The notes under the pieces are model-generated. The model worked only from the letters and a program-made list of their open reading frames with translations, did no database searches and was not told where the DNA came from. 64,000 bases of DNA, from the NCBI RefSeq assembly GCF_030144855.1, contig NC_082717.1, positions 5,146,001 to 5,210,000 on the forward strand, given 5' to 3'. This stretch comes from Hypanus sabinus (lineage: Eukaryota). The position numbers and the translations under genes are program-made. Shown piece by piece: positions 50,861 through 62,099 of this stretch; within the stretch, counting starts at the first letter, position 1, and each line of letters opens with the position of its first letter.

Positions 50861-53800
50861 AATTTTATTAGCAGCAATTTTAAAACATAGTGAGCATTTT
50901 ACGACCAGACATATTGGATCTCGACCCTCAATCCCAGGAAGCCGGCGATGCTTTCGAACTCTGCCTAGCATGCTTGGATCATACCTGGAGGTGATTCATG
51001 TGACCGACCCTGCCACAAAGCACAGGGTTCTCCTCTCCAGTGTCAGAGCAAGGGTCTACTCCATGATCAGAGACCAAACGGACTACCAGGGTGCGATGGA
51101 TGCCCTCAAAAGACAATACTGGCGGCTGGTGAACACCATCTACGCAAGACATCACTTAGCGACACGGCAGCAGCGGGCCGGAGAGTCGAGTACTGAGTTT
51201 GACTGGGCCCTACAGACACTCGTGCAGGCCTGCGACTGCAAGGGAGTGATGGCGGAACAGCATGCGGAGCTCCTGGTACGAGACACCTTCGTTACGGGGA
51301 TCAGGTCAGCGTACGTGCGCCAGCGGCTGCTGGAACACGCCGATCTTACCTTACATTCAGCGATCGAGCTGGCCGACACGCTGGAGGCCGCTCTGCACAA
51401 TGCTGATGCTGCCAGTCGCGAGTCCGTGAAGTCCCCACAACCCGCCGGTGAATCGACCTTGGCTGCTGCCAGTCGCGAGTCTGTGAGTTCCCTACAACCC
51501 GCCGGTGAGTTAACCACGGCTGCTGCCAGTCACAAGTCTGCGCAGTGTTACATCTGCGGACTCGAAAAGCACCCCCGAAAATGCTGCCCAGCTCGAGAAG
51601 CTACCTGCTCCAGCTGCAGAAAGAAGGGCCACTTCGCCAAGGCCTGTAAGTCTAAACCACGAGTGGGGTCGAGCTGCGCCGCGTGCGAGGCATGGGGGTC
51701 ACCACCTTGGTCACCGCCATCTTGCCTGCCCGCCGCATGCGAGGCATGGGGGCGGCCATCTTTGTTAGCTCCACTTGCCCCGCCCCCAACCCACTGGTGC
51801 TTACCGGGCACCAAAACAGCAATGCAACTCTGGCCTCCGTGACCCTCGACAAAAGCGCTCCACACCAGCTCGCAAGGTCAATGATGGACATCCTGGTGGA
51901 GGGGCACAGGACTAGCTGCCTGTTTGACATGGACAGCACTGAGAGTTTTATTCACCCAGACACAGTGCAACACTGTGGACTCGTGACACGGCCGGTAAGC
52001 CAGAGGGTCACCATGGCTTCTGGATCGCATTCCACAGACATCTGGGGGGGGGGGGGGGGCTTGTGTAGCGACATTGGTGGTGCAGGGCACAGAATATCAG
52101 AACTTTGCGTTACTGGTCTTGCCTCAACTGTGTGCCCCTGTGCTATTGGGACTCAACTTCCAGAGCCACCTGAAAAGTGTGACAATGGAGTATGATGGGC
52201 CCCTCTCACCAATCACTGTCAGAAATCCTCAGTTTTGTGGGACTTTGTCATATACCCCACTACTGCCCACACACACACACACCGACACGTGCATCCCACC
52301 CAACACCATACCAACAGCCATGTTACTGACACCACTTGCAGCCTCTCTGCCCTCAAGATCCCTCCCCCCACTGCTGTTCGCCAACCTGACCCCCGACTGT
52401 AAACCTGTGGCAACTAAAAGCAGGAGGTACAGTGCGGGGAACAGGGCCTTCATTCAGTTGGAGGTGCTGCAGCTGCTCAGGGAGGGGATCATTGAGCCAA
52501 GCACAAGTCCTTGGAGGGCCCAGGTGGTTGTTGTTCGGACTGGGCAAAAAAATAGGATGGTCGTAGACTATAGCCAGACCATCAATAGGTTCACACAGCT
52601 TGACGCGTACCCCCTACCCCGCATCGCGGATATGGTCAACCAGATAGCTCAGTACAAGGTGTACTCGACCATAGACCTGAAATCCGCTCACCATCAGCTC
52701 CCCACCCACCCGGAGGACCGCCCCTACACCGCCTTCGAGGCGGGCGGCAGGCTCTATCACTTCCTGCGCATCCCCTTCGGTGTCACGAATGGTGTCTCTG
52801 TCTTCCAGAGGGAAATGGACCGGATGGTGGACCAGTGCCAACTGAAGGCCACATTTCCATATCTGGATAACATCAACATCTGCGGTTACGACTGGCAGGA
52901 TCACAACACCAACCTCCAATGATTTTTCCAAGCCGCCAAAGCTCTTAACCTCACCTATAACAGGGACAAGTGCGTGTTCAGAACCACCCGACTTGCTAAC
53001 CTTGGGTATGTCGTGGAGAACAGGGTCATTTGCCCTGACCCCGACCGTATGCACCCCCTGTTAGAACTCCCTCTTCCCACCACCCTCAGAGCCCTCAAAT
53101 GGTGCCTGGGCTTATTTTCCTATTACGCCCAATGGGTCCCTCATTACATGGACAAGGCCCGCCCCCTGATCAAGTCCACCACATTTCCCCTCTCAGCTGA
53201 GGCCGGCGTAACCTTCAGCTGCATTAAACGGGACATTGCCAAAGCAACGATGCATGCGGTGTACGAGACCATTCCCTTCCAAGTAGAGAGTGACGCTTCT
53301 GACTTCACACTGGCTTCTACCCTCAATCAGGCAGGAAGGCCGGTAGCATTCTTCTCTCGTACCCTTCAAGGCCCTGAAATTCGGCACTCCGCAGTGGAGA
53401 AAGAACCCCAGGCCATAGTGGAAACTATTAGGCACTGGAGGCACTATCTTGCCGGCAAAAGGTTCACTTTGCTGACTGACCAGCGCTCAGTTGCGTTCAT
53501 GTTTGGCAACTAACAGCAGGGCAAAATCAAAAAAGATAAAATTTTGAGGTGGAGAATAGAACTCTCCACCTACAACTATGACATCATGTACAGGCCTGGG
53601 AAGCTCAATGAGCCCTCCGATGCCCTATCCCGGGGAGCGTGTGCCAGCGTGCAACTCGACCGGCTATACGCCCTCCATGCAGATCTTTGCCACCTGGGGG
53701 TCACCCGACTTTACCATTTCGTGAAAGCCCGGAAACTGCCTTACTCCCTTGAGGAAATCAGGACAATGACCAGGGACTGCCAAGTCTGCGCTGAGTGCAA

Positions 53801-54694
53801 ACCGCACTTCTACCGTCCTGAACAGGCACAACTTATCAAGGTCACCCGCCCCTTTGAGCGACTGAGTGTCGACTTTAAGGGCCCCCTTCCCTCCACCGAC
53901 CACAATGTGTACTTTCTCAACATAATCGACGAGTACTCGTGGTTCCTCTTTGCCATCCCCTGCCCCGATACCACTGCCACGTCCGTCATAAAGGCCCTGC
54001 GCCAGCTCTTCACTCTGTTCGGATATCCCAGCTATATCCACAGTGATAGAGGGTCCTCGTTTATGAGTGACGACTTGCGTCAGTACCTGCTGGCTAGGGG
54101 CATTGCTACTAGTAGGACCATGAGCTATAATCCCCGGGGGAATGGGCAGGTGGAGAGGGAGAATGCCACGGTATGGAAGGCCACACTCTTAGCCCTTAGG
54201 TCAAAGGGATTGCCGGTCTCTCGCTGGCAGGAGGTCCTCCCCAAGGCACTCAACTCCATCCACTCCCTGTTATGCACGTCCACCAATGCCACCCCTCATG
54301 AGCGACTCTTTTCTTTTCCCAGGAAGTCTGCCACTGGGACCACCCTACCAGCTTGGCTGACGTCCCCAGGGCCTGTGCTGCTCCGGAAACATGTGAGGAG
54401 CAATAAATACTCCCCAGTGGTCGAGAGGGTTCACCTACTTCATGCGAACCCCCAGTATGCCTGCGTGATCTTACCTGATGGGCGGGAGGACACGGTCTCC
54501 ATCCGCGACCTGGCGCCCGCAGCAGCACCAGATCCCTACCTGGAACACTCCACGGTGACTCTGAACCCTGTACCCACCGATGTATATACCCACGAGATAC
54601 CGCACACACCAAGCCCTGCACAGACTCCTCACGACACTCTCATACCGGGCACATGCATGAGGGATTACTGATGCCTAACGGGCTGGCACCTCAA
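50861..54694 (+). mobile_element. Ty3/Gypsy internal region (gag-PR-RT-RH-INT) with no flanking LTRs
   Basis: Gag with CYICGLEKH and CSSCRKKGHFAKAC knuckles; RT YPLPRI, PFGVTNG, YLDN; RH ESDASD; INT SVDFKG, HSDRG, GQVERE. Confidence 0.92.
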
Positions 54695-55559
54695 CTCCAG
54701 GGTTGTGATCTCAGGATTGTGCTAAGTGCTAAGTGCAAGTGAGGCCAGAACTAGGAAGATTATACAGTTTAACCCATGGCCAAAGATTCGATGTAGGAGG
54801 GAGGGCAAAAGATTTTTGGATTGTTGGGTGCTCCTCCAGGAAAGGAGGGTCCTGTACAGAAGAGACGATTGCACCTGAACTGAATGGGGACTAATAGCCT
54901 AGCGGGAAGGTTTGCTAATGCTGTACGGTGAGATTTAAGCTGGAACTGCATGCGTACCAGAGTGCCAGAAAAGTTAGTGGAGAATTTGTGGAGACAGATA
55001 TTAGGAGGACCTCAGTCAAGTCAGGAATCAAAAAGTTGAGCATGGTGAGACTAGTGTCCTGAACTGTGTATATTTCAAAGTGTGAAGTATTGTATGAAAG
55101 GTCAATTATGGATAAACACCTGGAATTATGACATTGTAGCCATTGGTGAGACTTGGTTGCAGGAGGAGCAGGATTGGCAGTTCAATATACTGGGGTTCTG
55201 TAGTTTTAGACATGACAGAATCGGCGGGAGTAAAGGACAGGTGGTGTTACAAGCCAGGGAAAATGTTTCAGCAGTGCCCAGTCAGGACAGATGGGGGAAC
55301 TCATCTAGTGAGGCATTATGGCTGGAAATGAGAAATAAAAAAGCTATGACATCATTAATGGGGCTATTTTATAGACCACCTGACAGTCAGAGGGATTTAG
55401 AGGAACAGATTTGTAGAGTTTGCAGATTGTTTCAATATAACTTTGTGATAGTAGGTGATCTTAGCATTCTTCATATTGACTGGGACACCCGTGCTGTAAA
55501 AGGACCAGATGCTATAGGGTTTGTCAAGTCTGTTTAGGAAAGTTTCCTGAACCAGCACG

Positions 55560-56440
55560 TAGGGGGAAGGGGACAGCCAGGGGTTGTGAAGCATATTGAC
55601 TTAATGATGGGCAGAAGAAGGGAAGAGGTTCAACACAGTAAGTATATAGAGCAAGGAAAGAGGCTGAAGAGAAGGACCTTCAAGGTTGTAATCTCTGGAT
55701 TACTCCCTGTGCCATGGGCTAGTGCAGGTACGAATGGTGGTAACGAGTGGCTGTGGAGATGGTGCAGGGGATAGAGTTTCAAGTTCTTGGATCATTGGAA
55801 TCTTTTCTGGGGAAGGGGTGACCTGTACAAAAGGGATGGGTTGCAGCTAAACTGTAGGGAAACAAATATCCTTCCTGGGAAGTTTGCTAATGCTGCTCTG
55901 GAGAGTTTGAACTAGTTTCGCTGGGGCTGGGAACTGGAGCCCCGGGTCACTAAGGGAAGGATTGGATCAGAAGGGAGGGAAGGCATTGAAAAGCAAAATC
56001 AAGATAACAGGTATGATAGGTCAGACAGTTTGAAGTGTGTATATTTTAATATTAGGGGTATTTTTGGTAAGGGCGATGAACTTGGAGCATGGATCAGGAC
56101 ATGGAACTACAATGTTGGAGTCATTACTGAAACTTGGTTGAGGAAAGAGCAGGAATGGGGGATTAATGTAGCAGGTTTTCAAAGTTTTAGAAACGATAGA
56201 GGAGGAGGTAAAAGAGAGTTTAGAATTACACAGCTAACCATGGACAATATCACAGCTGCACTCAGGGGAGACAGAATGGAGGGGTCAGGGACAGAGCCCA
56301 TGTGGGTAGAACTCAGAAATAGGAAGGGTGCAATCACACTGATGGGATTGTTCTACAGACCCCTAATAACTGGAGGACATTGAGGAACAGATATTTAATC
56401 AGATAGGGAAAGGTGTAAAGGTAAGTGGGTTGTGGTCATG
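55560..56440 (+). mobile_element. CR1 ORF1 end and EN fragment
   Basis: KVVISGLLPVP, DGLQLN, CVYFNIRG..WNYNVGVITETW, LFYRP. Confidence 0.85.
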
Positions 56441-56984
56441 GGGGGGATTTCCACCCATCAACACTGAGATGCAGGCCACGGTCTCAGTTCAGTGCAGAGA
56501 TTAGTAAACCTTGCAGGGCGGTAATCTGAACTGCCTTGTCCCTCGCCTCAGGCCCCAACACTCTGATCTTTTCAATCTGGCCAAGCACTTGAATTGAATT
56601 GTCCAAACCTCAGGTCATTCCTCCTACTTCGATATGCTCTTGGGCTGTTGCCCAACTGCCTGAATTCAGCCCGTACTCAACTTTTCCAATTCAGCTCCAT
56701 GTTTAAATTGATAAAACCTCAGGTTATTCTTCACTCTCGGGCCTGGGTCCTGTCCCAACTGCCTTGACTGTGCATCTCCCCCACCTGTCCCGCTTCGCTT
56801 CTGCCAAAGCGAGTTGTCTCCATGTCCGCACAACCAATAGCCATACACTGGCTCATTCTCGGCTCTCTCACCCAGACCCCACTGTCTCGATTCAGCCCGT
56901 ACTCACCAGGCCACTACCGTCCTACACCTTTGAGACTTCAGTTCCAACTGCTTTTTTTTTGTTTTATTTGCCACCAGCAATTTG

Positions 56985-58180
56985 TCACTGAGCTGCAACC
57001 AGAAAATAATTCTTGAATAAATTTTTGCATCTGTATTTAACCAGGAGCCGGACACAGAGTCTAGAGAAGTGAGGCAAAGCAGCATCAACTTCAGGGACCC
57101 TTACAGATTACAGAGGAGATGGTGTTTGCTCACCTGAGCCAAAAAGTGGCAATCTCTGGTTTATTACCTGAGCCACGTGCAAATTAGCACAGGGTGAAGA
57201 AGATTAGAGAGTTAAATGCATGACTAGGATTGGTGTAGGAGAAGTGGGTTTGAATTAATGGAGAACTGGCACCAGTACTGGGGAAGGAGGGAGCTGTTCC
57301 ATTGCAATGGGCTCCACCTGTACCATGAACAAAAGAAAACCTGCAGATGCTGTCATCTGGTTCGGACATGGCTCAAGTGCAAAGTGAGAGACACTGAAGC
57401 AAGTCAATAGTTCACAGACTTTAATGCAAACAGTGTTAAAGGGAAAGAAAGCAATAAACACTAGGCCAAACAGGGTCATTAACTAAAACTGTTTGTAGTT
57501 ACCTAATCATTATAAAAATAAGTCAATACAAATCAGGATAATGGTAATATAGCAATACTCCCACTAGGGGATGCTGTTTGTAAAGAGAGGCTGGTTCTGG
57601 GGTTGGAGGGGTTTCACTTCCACTTTCTTGTCCAGTGTGCATCTGTATAGCTTCTCTGCCATGCAGTATGGTTCAGTGAAAGCCTCTGTATATAAGTATC
57701 GGTTTTGCCATCCAGATAAAGTTGTTCCTTTGGGCACACAGTTGTCGAGTAGTCCTTTTTCGAAGTAGAAGTTACCACACTCTCAAATGGAAAGCAAAGT
57801 CTAAACTGCGGCTGAAAAGAACAACTAAGAATTAAATGAATACCGCTGGTCTTCAGAGACAGTTGACTCGAAAGTCCAGTTTCTCAGGCAAGGTGGAATG
57901 CAGATGACAAACCTTAGCTATGTTCAAGTCTCAACAAAAACTGCGACGGAATGAATGGAGCTAAATACTATCAAAATAAAATGATAATAAGCTGACACAT
58001 GCATCATTGCAAGCGCAATTTCCGAATCTGCTGTGCTGCCAAATCCGTGGTTGCGACAGAAGCTAGAAATCTGAGCCCAAAATGTTAACTGTGCTTTTAT
58101 CCACAGATGCTGCCTGGCCTGCTGAGTTCCTCCACCTGAACCGTGATGGGACCTGGATCTTCGCAAAGTGCATAACTAGG
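56985..58180 (+). mobile_element. Rearranged CR1 fragments (56985-57320 and 58130-58180) split by an insert flanked by CTCCACCTG
   Basis: FFASVF..QITEE piece, then LPEPRAN..WHQYWGRRELFHCNGLHL resuming as LHLNRDGT; CTCCACCTG at 57312-57320 and 58130-58138. Confidence 0.75.
57351..57997 (-). mobile_element. Putative solo LTR (647 bp)
   Basis: TGTCA...TGACA inverted termini; flanks GATGC/CATGC; ATTAAA on the minus strand near 57420. Confidence 0.55.
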
Positions 58181-58194
58181 GTTTGTTAGAAGTT

Positions 58195-58380
58195 TATTTG
58201 TTTATTTGCAGATACAGTGTGGAGTCGGCCCATCCATCCCATTGACCCGTCCTGACCAGCAAACACCAACAGCCCTGATTTAACCCTAACCTAATCACAG
58301 AACAATTTCCAATGACCAATCAACTTATCTGATACGTCTTTGGACTTTGGACTGTGGGTGGAAACCAAAGCACCCAGGGA
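58195..58380 (-). mobile_element. HE1/V-SINE-like fragment
   Basis: tgtgggtggaaaccaaagcacccaggga resembles the V-domain core; CR1-like tail. Confidence 0.65.
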
Positions 58381-58411
58381 ATGCTGCATCTGCATCCGCA
58401 AAGCAAACAGC

Positions 58412-59770
58412 TGTAACACATACCCAACAAGCTGGTATATGTCTAGAGGAAAAAGAGATCCAGCCACTCACCAACCCCACCTCCCGTACACGCAGGTGCT
58501 GTGGGAATCAAGTTAATGCCACGCGCACACACACAGTATCAAACACACACCAGATACCGTTATGGAATACACTTGAAAGATTTTACTAAAACTAAAAGAG
58601 TACTATGCAATACAATATATATGAAAGAAAAGAAAAAGTAAAAGGCGCCAACTTATCAAAGTTCAGTCAGTTTAGTGCACATCGTTGGAGCTCAACCATC
58701 GAACCATTCGACCTCTTGTCGCTTGCCTCCGACCTCCACATCCTCGCAACTGGGCCCACCCCCGGGCGGTAGACCGAGCAGTGCAGCGCACGTCCACCTT
58801 CCTTGGTGTCTCCTTCCCGACTCCCCTCAAAAGACCGCGAAACCACCCAAGCTCCCAGCCCCACAAGACAAAATAACATTCCCCATTGGTTAACAAGTGA
58901 ATACAATCCCCATATCAGCAAGTCTAAAGCTAAACAACTGCGAGAAAAAAACACTTATCAGACACAGAAGCATTCCTACTATTAACAAACCAAAGAAGCC
59001 ATTTTAGTAACGTACACAGTACATTGTACATTCTCCCCCCAACAGCAAATGTCATGCCCTCATGACATTACCAGAGTTCCCCAAGGCTTCTTGCAATGCA
59101 ACCTAGGTGCAGACAGCAGCAACATAACTACCCAGAGCAGTAGAAATCACACTCAGTTCTCCTGGTACCACATATGTCAACTGCTCTGGGGGGCACCTAA
59201 TCCTCTGAGATCTCCGTACCCCTTCTGCTGACCCTTCCGCCTCACTGGGCTCCCTCTTCACCTGCAAACCCTCTGCCTCGGACACCCCAGGTCTACCTGT
59301 CAGATCCTCACCCCCTCCCTCACGGGGTTCCCCCCCCTCACCTGAGAACTCCCTGGCTCATGTTCAGGTTCCACCCTCTGTCCCCCCAATGCTGGCTGCC
59401 TCTCCATCTGACCATCAACACCTTCCCTCCTCTCACCCAACTCAGTATGGGAAGGGCCAGGAGCCTCCTCTTCTGGTACTGAAACGCCAGCGAATGGGAG
59501 TAGTGGCCACTCATCTGAGTCGTCATGTTCTCCTCCTCCGAGCCTGGCCACTCCTCTAACATCAAGGACATATACTCAATCCAGGTCTCATAGTCCACCT
59601 CCCCATCCGGGGTAGGCTTGGCTCCGGAGAACACCCCCAGCTTCAGCCGTGGCCTCTCGGCCACTCCCACCAGGGAGTTAAGTGCGGCCGCCAGCTCCGA
59701 GGTTTCCACCCTCCGCTCACTACACAGGCATACTGCACCGGTACATCTTCCAACTCGCACCAGCTAACGA
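58412..59770 (-). mobile_element. Internally deleted Gypsy: PNMA-like gag piece fused to the pol 3' end, with PPT and 3' LTR
   Basis: LKLGVFSGAKPTPDGEVDYETWIEYMSLMLEEWP; VRRSQRIRCPPEQLTY; PPT GGGGGGAGAA at 59031-59040; LTR 58412-59030 TGTAC...TTACA. Confidence 0.85.
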
Positions 59771-59921
59771 TCTTATTATGAAGGACTCCACACACCCCTC
59801 TTCTCCCTCCTGTCATCTGGGAAAAGGCACTGAAGCATTCAGGCTCTCACAACCAGACTAGGTAACAGTTTCTTCCCCCAAGCTATCAGACTCCTCAATA
59901 CCCAGAGCCTGGACTGACACC

Positions 59922-61175
59922 AACTTATCTACTGATATCTACTGTAAACCTACAGACTCTCACAGCTACCTGGACTATTCCTCTTCCCACCCTGTCTCTT
60001 GCAAAAAGGCCATCCCCTTCTCACAATTCCTCCATCTCTGCCACATCTTCTCTCAGGATGAGGCTTTTCTTTCCAGGACAAAGGAGATGTCTTCCTTTTT
60101 TAAGCAAAGGGGCTTCCCTTCGTCCACCATTAACTCTGCTCTCAAACGCATCTCTCCCATTTCCCGCACATTTGCCCTCACCCCATCCACCCGCCACCCC
60201 ACTCGGGATAGGGTTCCGCTTGTCCTTACCTACCACCCCACCAGCCTCCAGGTCCAACATATAATTCTCCGTAACTTCCACCACCTCCAATGGGATCCCA
60301 CTACCAAGCACATTTTTCCCTCCCCCCCTTTCTGCTTTCTGCAGGGATCGCTCCCTACGCAACTCCCTTGTCCACTCGTCCCCCCCATCCCTTCCCACCG
60401 ATCTCCCTCCTGGCACTTATCCTTGTAAACGGAACAAGTGCTACACCTTCCCTTACACTTCCTCCCTCACCACCATTCAGGGCCCAGACAGTCCTTCCAG
60501 GTGAGGCGACACTTCACCTGTGAGTCGGCTGGTGTGGTATACTGCGTCCGGTGCTCCCGGTGTGGCCTTTTATATATTGGCGAGACCCAATACAGACTGG
60601 GAGACTGTTTTGTGGAACACCTATGTTCGGTCCACCAGAAATAGCAGGATCTTTTAATTCCACGTCCCATTCCCATTCTGATATGTCTATCCATGGCCTC
60701 CTCAATTGTCAAAATGAATTCAAACTCAGGTTGGAGGAACAACACCTTATATACCGGCTGGGTAGCCTCCAACCTAACGGCATGAACATTGACTTCTCTA
60801 ACTTCTGTTAATGCCCCTCCTTCCCTTTTTACCCCATCCCTGACATATTTAGTTGTTTGTCTGTTTTCCATCTCCCCCTGGTGCTCCCCCCCACTTTCTT
60901 TCTCCTGAGGCCTCCCGTCCCATGATCCTTTCCCTTCTCCAGCTCCGTATCACTTTCACCAATCACCTTTCCATCTCTTAGCTTCATCCCACCCCCTCCA
61001 GTCTTCTCCCATCATTTCACATTTCCCCCTCGCCCCTCTACTTTCAAATCTCTTACTATCTTTCCTTTCAGTTAGTCCTGACAAAGGGTCTCGGCCCAAA
61101 ATGTCGACATCGCTTCTCCCTATAGATGCTGCCTGGCCTGCTGTGTTCCACCGGCATTTTGTGTGTGTTGTTGTT
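59922..61175 (+). mobile_element. Penelope-like element, 3' part (RT thumb, GIY-YIG endonuclease, terminal repeat)
   Basis: DIYCKPTDSHSYLDYSSSHP, RGFP, VPLVLTYHP, VVYCVRCSRCGLLYIGET..RL..EHL. Confidence 0.9.
61075..61110 (+). ncRNA. Decayed hammerhead ribozyme motif in the Penelope terminal repeat
   Basis: CTGACAA-AGGG-TCTCGG-CCC-AAAAT versus the core CTGACGA-stem II-GAAAC; both conserved G lost at CpG sites. Confidence 0.6.
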
Positions 61176-61424
61176 TACTGCCCTATTGTCTTGTTTATTA
61201 CTTATTGTAATGTCTACACTGTTTGTGCACTTTATGCAGTCCTGGGTAGGTCTGTAGTCTAGTGCAGTTTCTTTCTGTGTTGTTTTTTCCATAGTTCAGC
61301 CTAGCTTTTGTACTGTTTCATGTGACACCATGGTCCTGAAAAATGTAGTCTTATTTTTGCTATGTACTGTACCAGCAGTTACGGTCGAAATGACAATAAA
61401 AAGTGACTTGACTTGACTTGACTT

Positions 61425-61548
61425 GAAAGCTCACATGTTCCACAGGGTGGACATACAAATCCCTGAGAGGATGATGGGATTGAACTCTGAACTCCAACGT
61501 CACAAGCTGAAATAGCATCACACTAACCATTATCCAACCATGGTGCCC
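61425..61548 (-). mobile_element. HE1/V-SINE-like tRNA-derived head fragment
   Basis: gggattgaactc B-box-like segment and cactaaccattat..ggtgccc 5' end. Confidence 0.55.
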
Positions 61549-61574
61549 AAATATATTAATACATATAATATTAT

Positions 61575-62070
61575 GTGGGGCACAGATAGATGCCAGTGTC
61601 TTTTTCCCACCGGTGAAATGTCTCATCCCAGAGGGCAGGCATTGAAAGTGAGAGAGGGTAATTTCAAAGGATAGATGAGGGGCAAGTTTCTGAAACAGAA
61701 AAGGGGGAGAGTCTGGAATTCACTGCCGGGGTGGTGGTGGTGGAGACAAATATGACAGAAATGTTCAAGAGGTCCTTGGATAGAGACATGAATTGGCAGG
61801 AAGTGGAAGGATATGGACATTGTGTGGGCTGAAATTACTAGTTTCACTGGTCATTTGATTGTGAATTTTAATTATTTTGACACATCAAGTCCAAAGGGTC
61901 TGTCCAGGGCAGTATTGTTCTGTGTCCAATGTTCAAAATGACATTGAAGGGAATGGAGGGATATGGATGATACACAGGAGGAGGACATTTAGTACAAATT
62001 GTCACCAAGATCAGCACAGCATTGTGGGCTGAATGGCCTGTCCAGTGATGAACTGTTCTATGTTCCAACA
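61575..62070 (+). mobile_element. CR1 3' ends, degraded
   Basis: ccagagggcaggcattgaaagtgagagagg and a 3' UTR. Confidence 0.75.
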
Positions 62071-62099
62071 ACTAGATCCTGATCACATTTCACACCCTC

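Larger units (their letters stand above)
39020..55560 (+). mobile_element. Old host CR1 (ORF1 esterase region into EN) split by four insertions; pieces 39020-39140, 39340-39402, 43737-43981, 48039-48056, 54695-55560
   Basis: Excising the inserts restores AIPLNN..EENHTEFGSV..AVAIGDSLERR..KGRTSRVVISGL..WNYDIVAIGETW. Confidence 0.8.
59772..61425 (+). mobile_element. Rex1/Babar 3' end (59772-59921 and about 61177-61425) split by the Penelope insertion
   Basis: RLGNSFFPQAIRLLN, 3' UTR and (GACTT)n tail matching the 48057 copy. Confidence 0.8.

Noticed and set aside
50673-50890. Apparent novel N-terminus on the 389-aa gag ORF
   Set aside because: It is antisense Rex1/Babar sequence; gag similarity starts near 50890 in another frame
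52045-52059. Poly-G run in the Gypsy protease region as a programmed frameshift or G-quadruplex
   Set aside because: A simple homopolymer expansion or sequencing artefact in a decayed element is more likely
57134-57320. Minus-strand exon candidate with a polypyrimidine tract and GTGAGC/GTAATA donors
   Set aside because: The plus strand is CR1 ORF1 (WHQYWGRRELFHCNGLHL); the splice-like motifs are incidental
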